Assembly (NCBI GenBank): GCA_025934435.1
Contig: JAICYB010000009.1
Location: forward strand, 9,724 to 73,723
Direction: 5' to 3'
DNA: 64,000 nucleotides
Source: Actinomycetes bacterium
Lineage (GTDB): Bacteria; Actinomycetota; JAICYB01
In this document: positions 55,201-63,900 of the stretch, piece by piece
Layout of the letters: the number at the start of each line of letters is the position of its first letter
How positions within the stretch are numbered: position 1 is the first letter of the stretch
Notes under the pieces: generated by a model
Databases searched by the model: none
What the model saw: only the letters and a program-made list of their open reading frames with translations
Told to the model about the DNA's origin: nothing
Position numbers and translations under genes: made by a program

Positions 55201-55476
55201 GGCGGAGTTCGCGCCGAGATAGGTCCGACGCTGCGCCGGGCCCCCGTCGGCGGGCATGACGTAGACCTCGGCGTGCGCTTCTTCGGTCCCCGTGAAGGCG
55301 ATCAGGTTGCCGTCGGGGGAGACGATGGTGCGTCCGACGGGTCCGACGTTCGACGTGAGACGCCGCGCGACGCCGCCGTCGGCGGACACGGTCCAGACGT
55401 CGTCCTCGGAAAGGAAGACGATGCGGTCGCCGGCGATGGACGGCGACCGGAAGTACCCGGCGTTGAGTTCAGTCAT
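52252..55476 (-). CDS. Tricorn protease homolog (S41 family; beta-propellers plus PDZ plus C-terminal peptidase domain).
   Basis: 1074 aa. N-terminal RSPSIAGDRIVFLSEDDVWTV (tricorn start pattern), multiple WD-like propeller repeats, and a C-terminal S41 region with ...CLTNEQAGSDGDIFTHAFK... (catalytic Ser) and ...GKRTWGG... Confidence 0.85.
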   Translation of the reverse strand: MTELNAGYFRSPSIAGDRIVFLSEDDVWTVSADGGVARRLTSNVGPVGRTIVSPDGNLIAFTGTEEAHAEVYVMPADGGPAQRRTYLGANSAVRGWTRDGRVIFQTDARTSNRGENAVYTVDASSGVPAQVPVGPANELNYAPDGKRIVLGRNTVDPARWKRYRGGTRGDIWIDTVGRGTFKRLVNINGNLASPLWVGERIYFLSDHEGIGNLYSVTPTGRSIRRHTDHDTYYARWAYSDGARIVYQLAAEVWIFDPESGESRRVDIDLRSPRIGRNRRFVDASRYLHSWGLHPDGSQVALATRGKLFTMPNWEQAPRQYGARDGVRYRLPRFTFDGAAIVCVSDEAGEEAIEVYSTKDGSRTKRLDRVDIGRAIELVVSPTKNQVVLTNHRNELVFVDVQTNRSRVLDSSEHAQISGATWSPDGRYVAYAIAPDRRTSVLRIAEAANGNTVTVTRPDFSDGVPSFDPDGRYLYFLSARVFDPVYDSIYFDLGFPRTVRPHLVTLRADEPSPFVPKPRPFVEKPPKDEPPKKGTSSEKPKMLPIDFDGIEERIVAFPVPEGRYTQIRGIKDKVVFASIPVSGALGATDEDSEEANGKIEIYDLKELKCDGLVQGAASFTVSLDNSTLLYRAHGRLRAIRADNKPDDSNGDAPGRKSGWIDLGRIRVSVDPASEYRQMFREAWRFQREHFWVPDMSGVDWVAIYDRYRPLVDKVGSRYEFSDLMWEMNGELGTSHAYEMGGDLKPPPPYRVGHLGVDIELRNGRWVITHVVRGDSWEPSQTSPLAAPGIDAKEGDVIVAINGEPATPDHSPSWLLVNYAGTDVELVLANAQGRARRTLYVKTLVDEKPARYREWVERNRALVHDRTRGRVGYVHIPDMGPHGYAEFHRYYNAEVVRDGLIVDVRYNGGGHVSQIILEKLARQRIGYDVTRWSKTPDPYPSDSPNGPLVCLTNEQAGSDGDIFTHAFKILGLGPVVGKRTWGGVIGISYRHMLVDNGMTTQPEYSYWFRDVGWGVENYGTDPTHDLDITPQDYAAGRDPQMDTALRLMGQALTKYKPKFPDLKTRPKLTLPKLPKR

Positions 55477-55527
55477 GACATTCCTCTAGTAGGTCCTCAC
55501 CCGCAACCGGGCGATGATATCGAGCGG

Positions 55528-56604
55528 CTAGCGAGAGGCGGTGCCGCGCATCGCGAGCAAGGGCACGAGCATCTCGCCGGGCGCGAGGCTTCCGTGCCCC
55601 GAAAGCAACTTGCTCTCCCCCGGATTGTCCGGATCGACGTAGCCCACGGGTTCGCTCGCGGCGAGCACCACGTCACCGATGCGGCGCCGCACCTCGGGCG
55701 ACGGCGCGACCGGACCGAACAGTCCCTCGTCGATCAACTGCTCACGCGTGAAGATCCAGGAGTGCGACGAGTAACGCTCCGCGCACGCCGCATGCAGTTC
55801 GGACGCCGCACCTTTCTTCGCATGCAGGTATCGGAAGCGGCTCTCTCCCGCTTGCGCCGCGATCAACCCGGACAACCCGTCGAGCTCCACGCGTTCGCGG
55901 AACTCGATGTGTCCGTGATCGGCCGTGACCACGACCGCGCATGAATCGGGCAGGACGGATGCGAGCTCGAGGACCATCGCTTCGCAGAACGCGACCTCAC
56001 GTGCGAAGAACTCGTCGCTCATGCCCTGCATGTGCGCGACGAGATCGGGGCCGTCGTAGTAGGAGTACACGAATCGTTCGCCGGCATCGATGAGCCGGCG
56101 GCAGTGCGCAGCGATGCCGGACGTCGAGAAGTAGCCGTGGAGCGGTGCGCCTCGGTACAGGATCTGCGTGAAGCCGGTGCCGGCGAACTGCGCGCGCGTG
56201 ACGACGGGGATCGGATCGGCATCGAACGCTTCGCGCGGTTGGAACGTGTCGGGGTCGGGGCCCTTGCCGCCGCCGTGCATCGCCCAGCGGATGACGTTCA
56301 AGACGCCGTCGCCCGTGTAGAGCCGGTAGCCCATCACGCCGTGCTGCGACGGCGGCAGGCCGGTCGAGATCGACGTGAGCGCCGTCGGCGTCGTCGACGG
56401 AAGAACACTCGTGATCGGTCCACCCTCCATCGAGGAGAACACCCCACGGGACGAAACGGCATTCCAACCGAGCCCATCGAGCACGAGGAGAACGACGGAC
56501 GTCGCCTCGCGTGCCGGAGCCGGCACCCACGGCGCGCGGGACCTGAGTCCGCGAACGATGTTCGCGATGCAAGCACCGCCGTACTCGGGCCGGACCATCT
56601 CCAT
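55528..56604 (-). CDS. Alkaline-phosphatase-superfamily protein (nucleotide pyrophosphatase/phosphodiesterase or metalloenzyme-domain-like).
   Basis: VVLLVLDGLGWNAV and VVVTADHGH are core AP-fold metal-binding motifs. The start is taken at an internal Met because the track start at 56631 lies 6 nt from the divergent lipoprotein gene. Confidence 0.5.
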   Translation of the reverse strand: MEMVRPEYGGACIANIVRGLRSRAPWVPAPAREATSVVLLVLDGLGWNAVSSRGVFSSMEGGPITSVLPSTTPTALTSISTGLPPSQHGVMGYRLYTGDGVLNVIRWAMHGGGKGPDPDTFQPREAFDADPIPVVTRAQFAGTGFTQILYRGAPLHGYFSTSGIAAHCRRLIDAGERFVYSYYDGPDLVAHMQGMSDEFFAREVAFCEAMVLELASVLPDSCAVVVTADHGHIEFRERVELDGLSGLIAAQAGESRFRYLHAKKGAASELHAACAERYSSHSWIFTREQLIDEGLFGPVAPSPEVRRRIGDVVLAASEPVGYVDPDNPGESKLLSGHGSLAPGEMLVPLLAMRGTASR

Positions 56605-56637
56605 GCCGGTGATGGTACGTCGTGCGAACATGACGGC

Positions 56638-57411
56638 ATGCGGGTCGCGGGGATCGTGGTGCTAGTGCTGTGCGCGTCCGCGTGCACATCCAAGCTCGTA
56701 CGAACGGACGCAACGCCGAGGCCCATTGCGACGCGAAGCGTCGGGAGCGCCCTCGGAAACATCGGAAGCTCGGAACCCGCGGAAACGAACGACCTCGGCC
56801 GTGCGACGGACGCGCCGACGCGGTTCGTCCTCACAGTGACCGACCGCAATGGGATCCACCCGCCGGGGATCCCCGTGCAGATCACCGGGACGCTCACCGC
56901 GACGCGGCTCACCGACGCGAACGGGAAGGTCACCATCACCGAGCCGGGCGTCTATCGATTCACCGTCGCGACCGGGTGCGGCGCGAACACCCAGGTCTTC
57001 CTCGGTGTGACGGCGTCCGCGGGTGTTGCGTCCGGAAAACCGTCGAGCGGCGTCCTCAACATCGATTGGCGACACCGGTTCGTCCCCGCGCCGCCGGTGT
57101 TCTCCACTCCGGGTCCGCCGTGGCCCGTCGCGGGCAGCGTCACGCTGCAGTACAGCGTCATCGATCGGTGCGCGAACGACTTCGCGCCGAACGCCGACGT
57201 GTCCACGTTCCAGGTAGCCGGTGCTTCGTCCAACCTCAAGGTCACGAAGCCGCCGACGCCGAAGTCCGATTCGAAGCATCAGGCGTTCATGACGGTCACC
57301 TGTCTCGGCAAGGGGGACGTCGCGCTGAGGCTCGTCGATCGCTACAACCCGAAGGACGTCTTCGACGTCATCACGAACTCGGCCGACTACGAACCGCCGA
57401 GGTGCGGCTGA
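56638..57411 (+). CDS. Putative lipoprotein (hypothetical).
   Basis: MRVAGIVVLVLCASACTSK, a signal peptide with a lipobox-like Cys. 257 aa. The track ORF starts further upstream in Arg-rich sequence. Confidence 0.5.
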   Translation: MRVAGIVVLVLCASACTSKLVRTDATPRPIATRSVGSALGNIGSSEPAETNDLGRATDAPTRFVLTVTDRNGIHPPGIPVQITGTLTATRLTDANGKVTITEPGVYRFTVATGCGANTQVFLGVTASAGVASGKPSSGVLNIDWRHRFVPAPPVFSTPGPPWPVAGSVTLQYSVIDRCANDFAPNADVSTFQVAGASSNLKVTKPPTPKSDSKHQAFMTVTCLGKGDVALRLVDRYNPKDVFDVITNSADYEPPRCG

Positions 57412-57444
57412 CGCTCTGAGGGCGCGCAGTACGCTGGCCGAAGG

Positions 57445-60366
57445 ATGGTCGTCGAAGCGGACGTCCAAGCTCTTGCGCTCCGCATCGCGCACGCCGGTTC
57501 GCGCGACCGCGCCCGCCTGTACCACCTGAGCTTCTGGACCGATCGCCTCCTGCAATGGGCGATGTCCCACCCTGAGTTCCGGACGCAACTCTTCCGTTTC
57601 GTCGACGTCTTCCCGGCCTGCGTCGACGACGCCGACGTTGTCCGTCACGTCGAGGAGTACTTCGCGGGGATCGATCTGCCGACGTCACTCGATCTCGGGA
57701 TGGAAGCCGCCGAGCACATCCCCTTCGGAAGGAAGATCGAGGCCGCCGTCACGCGGCGCAACATCCGTCGCATGGCGCGTCAGTTCATCGCCGGCGAAAC
57801 GCCGCACGACGCGCTCCCGCGTCTACGCGAACTGTGGCGTTCGGGCGAAGCCGCGACCGTCGATCTCCTCGGCGAGAAGACCATCACGTCGGACGAAGCC
57901 GCCGCCTATACGCGCCGCGTGCACGAACTGCTCGACGTCCTCGCCCGCGATGCGACCCAGTGGCCCGAGGACGCCCATCTCGAACGCGATCCGTGGGGCA
58001 TCGTCCCCAAGGTGAACGTGTCGGTGAAGCCGACGGCGCTCGCGCCGCGCTACGCTCCGCTCACCGCCGAAGCCGGTTTGGACGAAGCCCTCACGCAGAT
58101 GCGAGCGATCTGCGAACACGCTCGCGACATCGGCGCCGCCGTGTATCTCGACATGGAGAGTTACGACTCGAAGGATCTGACGCTCGAGCTCCTGCGACGG
58201 ATCGGACGGGAGTTCAAAGACGGCCCTTCGATCGGCGCGGTCGTGCAGGCCTACACCAAGGATTCGTATCGCGATATCGAGGCGCTGATCGCATGGGCGC
58301 GATCGACGATGCGTATCCCGCTGAACGTCCGGCTGGTCAAAGGCGCGTACTGGGACTACGAAACCATCACGGCCGCGGCGCACGGCTGGGCATCGCCGGT
58401 CTTCGAGCGTAAGAACGAAACGGATGCGAACTACGAACGTTGCACCGAGTTGCTGCTCGAACACGCGGGGATCGTCCGGCCGGCATTCGCGACGCACAAC
58501 CTGCGCTCGATCGCGTACGCGATCACGGCAGCGAAGGAGCGCGGACTCCACGACACGGCCATCGAGATCCAGCTGCTGTACGGGATGGCCGAGCCGATCC
58601 ACGCCGCGCTGCGCCGTCTCGGGATGCGCGTGCGCGCGTACGCGCCCATCGGTGAGCTCGTCCCCGGGATGGCGTATCTCGTGCGACGGCTGCTCGAGAA
58701 CACGGCGAACGAGTCGTTCCTTCGCCAGACCTACGCCGAAGCTCGCGAGCTCGCCGAGACCATCAAGCCGCCGGGGGTCGAGCGCTTCGCCGGCCCGGAC
58801 GAACCGCCGCCACCCGGCGACAACGAACCCGTGGCCGAGTTCCGCAAGGCGGCGGTCCGGAAACGTTTCGCCGCCGCACTCGGACGCACGCGCGAGCTCT
58901 CCGCTCCGACGATCATCGACGGCGCTCGCGTGTCGACGGCCGACGAGATCGTGTCCGTCGATCCGTCCGATCCGTCCCGCATCATCTGTCGCGCCGGACG
59001 AACCACCACCGCGCAAGCCGATGAAGCGATCGAGATCGCCAAACGCGCACAGCCGGAGTGGGCGGCCACGCCGGTTGAAAGACGCGCCGCCGTCCTGCGT
59101 GAAGCCGCAGCGATCATGCGTGCGCAACGCGACGACCTCGCCGCGCTCGAAGTCGCGGAGGCCGGCAAGCCGTGGGCCCAAGCCGATGCCGACGTCTGCG
59201 AAGCGATCGACTTCTGCGAGTACTACGCGGACGAAGCCCTCCGCCAGGGCGAGCGTGCGCACATCGGCCAGGCCCCCGGCGAGCACAACACCTACCGCTA
59301 CGAGCCGCGCGGCCTCACCGCCGTCATCTCACCGTGGAACTTCCCGCTCGCGATCCCGTGCGGGATGGTCTCGGCGCCGCTCGCCTGCGGGAACGCCGTG
59401 CTGTTCAAGCCGGCCGAGCAGACGCCGGGCATCGCGTTCCGTCTCGTCGAGATCCTGTATGAGGCGGGCGCACCGCCCGGGGTGCTCGCGTTCCTACCCG
59501 GCGTCGGCGAAGAGGTCGGTGCGCACATCGCCGAACACCCGGAGGTCGCGACGATCAACTTCACCGGATCGAGGGACGTCGGGCTGCACATCGTGCAGCA
59601 GGCGGCCATCCCGCGACCCGGACAACGATTCGTGAAGCGCGTCATCGCGGAGATGGGCGGGAAGAACGCGATCATCGTCGACACCGACGCCGATCTTGAC
59701 GTCGCGGTTCCGTCCATCGTCGACAGCGCGTTCGGCTACGCCGGACAGAAGTGCTCGGCGGCGTCGCGCGTCATCGCCGTCGGACCGATCTTCGACGCAC
59801 TCCTCGACCGTCTCGTCGGCGCGACGAAGCTGATCGCCGTCGGTGATCCGCGCGATCCCGGAACGGTGGTCGGTCCCTTGATCGACGAAGACGCGTACAA
59901 ACGCGTACGGCGCTATCAAGATCAGGCCGAGCACGTCGTGCTGCGACGCGATGATGTTCCGTCCACGGGCTATTTCGTCGGGCCGATGATCGCCGTGACG
60001 GACGACCCGTCCGCGCCGATCGCCACAGAGGAGATCTTCGGTCCCGTCCTCGTTGCTTTGCGCGCCGACGACTTCCACCACGCGATCGAGCTCGCGAACG
60101 TCCCGCCGTACGCGCTCACCGGCGGCGTCTTCTCGCGATCCCCGTCGCGTATACGGCAGGCCACGAGGACGATGCGCGCCGGCAACCTCTACATCAATAG
60201 AGGTATCACCGGCGCGCTCGTCGGACGGCAGCCCTTCGGCGGCTTCGGTCTGTCCGGCGTGGGGTCGAAGGCCGGCGGGCCCGACTATCTCGCGCAGTTC
60301 TGCGACCCGCGCGTCGTGACGGAGAACACGATCCGGCAGGGGTTCGCACCACCGGAGTCACCGTAG
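57445..60366 (+). CDS. putA: Bifunctional proline dehydrogenase / delta-1-pyrroline-5-carboxylate dehydrogenase (PutA-type, no DNA-binding domain).
   Basis: 973 aa. N-terminal PRODH TIM-barrel region (...LVKGAYWDYE...), C-terminal ALDH domain with EMGGKNAIIV and GQKCSAASR (catalytic Cys), and ...GRQPFGGFGLSG... Confidence 0.85.
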   Translation: MVVEADVQALALRIAHAGSRDRARLYHLSFWTDRLLQWAMSHPEFRTQLFRFVDVFPACVDDADVVRHVEEYFAGIDLPTSLDLGMEAAEHIPFGRKIEAAVTRRNIRRMARQFIAGETPHDALPRLRELWRSGEAATVDLLGEKTITSDEAAAYTRRVHELLDVLARDATQWPEDAHLERDPWGIVPKVNVSVKPTALAPRYAPLTAEAGLDEALTQMRAICEHARDIGAAVYLDMESYDSKDLTLELLRRIGREFKDGPSIGAVVQAYTKDSYRDIEALIAWARSTMRIPLNVRLVKGAYWDYETITAAAHGWASPVFERKNETDANYERCTELLLEHAGIVRPAFATHNLRSIAYAITAAKERGLHDTAIEIQLLYGMAEPIHAALRRLGMRVRAYAPIGELVPGMAYLVRRLLENTANESFLRQTYAEARELAETIKPPGVERFAGPDEPPPPGDNEPVAEFRKAAVRKRFAAALGRTRELSAPTIIDGARVSTADEIVSVDPSDPSRIICRAGRTTTAQADEAIEIAKRAQPEWAATPVERRAAVLREAAAIMRAQRDDLAALEVAEAGKPWAQADADVCEAIDFCEYYADEALRQGERAHIGQAPGEHNTYRYEPRGLTAVISPWNFPLAIPCGMVSAPLACGNAVLFKPAEQTPGIAFRLVEILYEAGAPPGVLAFLPGVGEEVGAHIAEHPEVATINFTGSRDVGLHIVQQAAIPRPGQRFVKRVIAEMGGKNAIIVDTDADLDVAVPSIVDSAFGYAGQKCSAASRVIAVGPIFDALLDRLVGATKLIAVGDPRDPGTVVGPLIDEDAYKRVRRYQDQAEHVVLRRDDVPSTGYFVGPMIAVTDDPSAPIATEEIFGPVLVALRADDFHHAIELANVPPYALTGGVFSRSPSRIRQATRTMRAGNLYINRGITGALVGRQPFGGFGLSGVGSKAGGPDYLAQFCDPRVVTENTIRQGFAPPESP

Positions 60367-60387
60367 CTCTCGTAGATTGGCTGCGTC

Positions 60388-61773
60388 GTGAAGACAGAAG
60401 ACCGGACGAACCGTTCCGGCGCTCGTCGAGCCGCATTCATCACGGTTTGGTGGATCGCCGGCATCGCGCTGGCGAAACTTGTCGTCGGCCTCCTCACGGG
60501 GTCGGTCGCCGTCATCGGCGATGCACTGCACTCGGTGATCGATGTCGCGGCCGCACTGCTGACATTCGCCGCGGTCCGTCTGGCGACCAAGCCGCCCGAC
60601 GCGAACCATCCCTTCGGGCACGGTCGCGCCGAGAACCTCGCCGCCCTCGGCGAAGCGATCCTCATGTTCTTCGTCGGGATCGGCGTGCTGATCGAAGCGG
60701 TGCACAAGCTCGTCTCGCATGCCGCCGTCGAGGCGCCGGCGTATCTCTTCATCGTCATGGGCGGTGCGACGCTCGCGAGCGCGTACCGCGCGCATCAGCT
60801 GCGGAAGGCGGCTTCGGAATACTCGTCCCCCGCGCTCGAAGCGGACGCCACGAACATCACCGCCGACATCTTCGAATCCCTCGCTGTGATCGTGGGTCTC
60901 GGCGCTGCGCGCCTCGGCTTCCCGGCCGGCGATCCGATCGCCGCGATCCTCGTCGTCGCAACGATGTGGGCGATGTCCGTCCGGATCGGTCTGCAGGCGG
61001 TGCATGTCCTGATGGACAAAGCGCCGGAAGATCTCACAGAACGCCTCACGCACGCGGCCGCGGGTGTCGCCGGAGTCGTCGACGTCGGTGACCTTCGGAT
61101 CCGCCAAGCCGGAGCGGATGTCCACGCGGAAGTCACAGTCCGTGTCGGACGAACCTCTTCCGTCGAACGCTCACACGAGATCACCGAAGCGATCGAAGAA
61201 GCCGTTGCGAATGAAGTTCCCGGTGCGACGGCGACCGTGCACGTCGAGCCGAGCGGCGCGGGGGAGGACATCGTCGCGCGCACGTTCGCGGCGGCGAACC
61301 GCATCGGCATGGCCGATCAGGTGCACAACGTCCTCGCGATCAATCATCCGGAAGGGACGTGGCTGATGCTCCACGCCAAGGTCCCGCCGTGGACGCCCCT
61401 CCGCGACGCGCACGACATCACCGACGCGCTCGAAGCCGAGCTCCGGCGAGAGATCGATGGCGTCGCGCGCGTCGAGATCCATATCGAGCCGCACGAGCTC
61501 CAGGCGCTCCGCGGGAAGGCCACGCGCAACCGCGGTCTCGAGGCCGCCGTGCGGGCGATCGCCGACCGCCATCCGCCGATCACGCGCTGCCACGAGGTCG
61601 CCGTCAGCGAAGCCGAGGACGGGATCCACCTCGTCCTGCACTGCGAGGCGCCCCCCGATACGTCCATCGCCGATGTCCACGACGCGTCTCTCGCGGTCGA
61701 GTCGGCGATCCACGAGTCGTTCCCAGACGTGCGCACGGTGACGGTCCATTTCGAGCCGGAAACGTTAACCTGA
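60388..61773 (+). CDS. Cation-diffusion-facilitator (CDF) family metal efflux transporter with three tandem cytoplasmic C-terminal domains.
   Basis: TM domain with HSVIDVAAAL and HPFGHGRAE (CDF signature). It is then followed by three ~75-aa CTD-like modules, each ending in VHVEP / IHIEP / VHFEP (about 61050-61270, 61300-61500 and 61560-61770). Confidence 0.75.
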   Translation: MKTEDRTNRSGARRAAFITVWWIAGIALAKLVVGLLTGSVAVIGDALHSVIDVAAALLTFAAVRLATKPPDANHPFGHGRAENLAALGEAILMFFVGIGVLIEAVHKLVSHAAVEAPAYLFIVMGGATLASAYRAHQLRKAASEYSSPALEADATNITADIFESLAVIVGLGAARLGFPAGDPIAAILVVATMWAMSVRIGLQAVHVLMDKAPEDLTERLTHAAAGVAGVVDVGDLRIRQAGADVHAEVTVRVGRTSSVERSHEITEAIEEAVANEVPGATATVHVEPSGAGEDIVARTFAAANRIGMADQVHNVLAINHPEGTWLMLHAKVPPWTPLRDAHDITDALEAELRREIDGVARVEIHIEPHELQALRGKATRNRGLEAAVRAIADRHPPITRCHEVAVSEAEDGIHLVLHCEAPPDTSIADVHDASLAVESAIHESFPDVRTVTVHFEPETLT

Positions 61774-61780
61774 GCGGACC

Positions 61781-62941
61781 GTGATCAAGACGTATCGCCG
61801 GATCCCGGCCGATCCCGCCGAGTGGTTCGAGCCGGCCGAAGTCGCGAAAGCGAAGGAGTATCAGCGCCCGCTCACCGTGGCGCGCGCGATCTCCCTTGCG
61901 ATCAACGCGGCCTTCCTCGCGGCGATCATCTTCACGCACGCCGCGCCACGTTTCGCGGACGTGTTCTCGAAGTCGTCGTGGATCGTCCGTCTCTTCGCCG
62001 TCGTTATCGGCTTCACCGTGGTCGGTGGGTTGATCGACGTCCCGATCTCCGTGTGGACGACGTTCTCGCATGAGAAGAAGTGGGGGTTCTCGACCGAAAC
62101 GCCGGGTGGGTTCGTCGCCGATCAGCTGAAGGGACTCGTCCTCGGTCTCGTCCTGCAGATCCCGCTGTTCCTCGGAACGTGGGCGTTCATCCGTTGGACG
62201 AAGCTCTGGTGGATCTACGGCTGGGCCACGTTCTTCTTCTTCACCGGTTTGCTGGCGTTCCTCTATCCGATCCTGATCGCGCCGATCTTCAACAAGTTCA
62301 CGCCGCTCACCGACGAATCACTCGGGACGAAGCTCACGGCACTCGCGAACGCACAAGGGATGCGGATCAAGTCGATCGAAGTGATGGACGCATCGAAGCG
62401 AACGCGTAAGGACAACGCGTACTTCTCGGGATTCGGGAAGACCAAGCAGATCGTTCTCTTCGACAACCTCTTGTCGCAGTCTCACGACGTGATCGCGAGC
62501 ATCGTCGGACACGAGATCGGCCACTGGAAGCGCCGTCATCTCGTGACGGCATTGCTGAGCGCGGCGGTGACGACGTTCTTGCTGTTCGTCGCCCTCCGAT
62601 TCCTGCTGACGTGGACGACGCTCTTGCACTGGGCCGGCGTTTCCAGCATCAAGGACCCCGCGGCGATCCCGATCCTGATCGTCGGATTCGCGGTCTGCTT
62701 CCCGGTCCTCGGACTGTTCAGCTCGTGGCTGTCGCGTGCGCATGAACGACAGGCTGACCTGTTCGCGCTCGATGTGACCGACGACTACGACGCATTCGTC
62801 GAGACCGAGCACGGCCTGTCGACACGCAACCTCATCGATCTCGCACCGTCGTGGTGGCGGTACGTCCGGCTGAGCCACCCGCCACCCGCGGAACGCCTCG
62901 AACTCGGGAAACTGTGGAAAGCTGGTCGCGCGACCGTATGA
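61781..62941 (+). CDS. M48-family zinc metalloprotease (Ste24/HtpX-like CAAX-protease fold).
   Basis: HEIGHW (HExxH) within a multi-TM protein; ...NAYFSGFGKTKQIVLFDNLL... matches the M48 pattern. Confidence 0.75.
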   Translation: MIKTYRRIPADPAEWFEPAEVAKAKEYQRPLTVARAISLAINAAFLAAIIFTHAAPRFADVFSKSSWIVRLFAVVIGFTVVGGLIDVPISVWTTFSHEKKWGFSTETPGGFVADQLKGLVLGLVLQIPLFLGTWAFIRWTKLWWIYGWATFFFFTGLLAFLYPILIAPIFNKFTPLTDESLGTKLTALANAQGMRIKSIEVMDASKRTRKDNAYFSGFGKTKQIVLFDNLLSQSHDVIASIVGHEIGHWKRRHLVTALLSAAVTTFLLFVALRFLLTWTTLLHWAGVSSIKDPAAIPILIVGFAVCFPVLGLFSSWLSRAHERQADLFALDVTDDYDAFVETEHGLSTRNLIDLAPSWWRYVRLSHPPPAERLELGKLWKAGRATV

Positions 62942-63900
62942 CCACCACGATGCAGCCTCCCGTGAAGCGCAAGCGGCGCCGCAGCGCCGTCGAACGCGTT
63001 GTGTACGCGATCGGGATCGTCGGACGACTCTTCGTGATATCCGGTCTCCTGCTGCTCTTCTTCACGGCATACCTGCTGTGGGGAACCGGCGTGTATACGC
63101 ATCAGCAGCAGAACAAAGCGAAGAACACGCTCGCGACGAAGTCGATCGTCAGTGAGGATCAGCTTGCGAAGGGCGGGAAGATCCCGCCCGGACGTCCGAA
63201 GGTGCAGCCCAAGCTCTCCGAGCCGCTGTTCGAGATCAAGATCCCGAAGATCGCGCTCGACGCGGCGGTTGTGTACGGCGTCGGTGTCGACCAGTTGAAG
63301 CTCGGTCCGGGACTGTTCCCGGACTGCAAGGCGGTCGCAGGGAGCGTCGGTCCGGGTGAATGCACGGACGGTGCGCTCTATCCCGGGGAGAACGGCAACG
63401 TCGCGATCTCGGGACACCGCACGACGTACCTCGCGCCGTTCTGGAACCTCAACCAGCTGCAGAAGGGCGACACGATCGACCTCGTGTCCGGACGCGTCCG
63501 TTACCGCTACCGCGTCCGGAGTGAAGAAGTCGTGGATCCCACGGCCGGGTTCAGCGTCGTCGAGCAACACGGACGCGCCGAGCTCACGCTGACGACTTGC
63601 AACCCGCGGTTCTCGGCGACGCAGCGTCTGATCGCGCATGCCGATTACATCGGTCCTTCCCTCGTCGCCGCAGCGCCGGGTGCCAACGGACCGAACAACA
63701 GCCGCAGCACCAAGGCGCAGTTCGGGATGGACGTCATCGCCCTGGCCGCGCTTGCCGTGGCGTGCGCACTGGGTTCCCTGGCGCTCTCGAAGCGCTACAC
63801 GCGCCTCGCGACGTACATGGCGGTGACGATCATCGGGTCCATCGGCATCTGGGTCGTCGTCTTCCCGCGCGTCGTGGCGATGCTCCCCTCGAACTACTAG
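62938..63900 (+). CDS. Class E sortase (actinobacterial housekeeping-type transpeptidase).
   Basis: ATG overlaps the M48 stop (ATGA). N-terminal TM anchor, then GHRTTYLAPF (catalytic His), TLTTCNP (TLxTC catalytic Cys) and a conserved Arg downstream. C-terminal TM segments. Confidence 0.8.
   Translation: MTTTMQPPVKRKRRRSAVERVVYAIGIVGRLFVISGLLLLFFTAYLLWGTGVYTHQQQNKAKNTLATKSIVSEDQLAKGGKIPPGRPKVQPKLSEPLFEIKIPKIALDAAVVYGVGVDQLKLGPGLFPDCKAVAGSVGPGECTDGALYPGENGNVAISGHRTTYLAPFWNLNQLQKGDTIDLVSGRVRYRYRVRSEEVVDPTAGFSVVEQHGRAELTLTTCNPRFSATQRLIAHADYIGPSLVAAAPGANGPNNSRSTKAQFGMDVIALAALAVACALGSLALSKRYTRLATYMAVTIIGSIGIWVVVFPRVVAMLPSNY

Noticed and set aside
56670-57419. 249-aa plus-strand Arg-rich ORF, and the 56032..57411 459-aa ORF.
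   Set aside because: The first is an alternative frame of the lipoprotein gene with a no-protein-like composition. For the second, only the part from MRVAGIVVLVLCASAC (56638) onward has coding character; upstream it is antisense to the AP-family gene.
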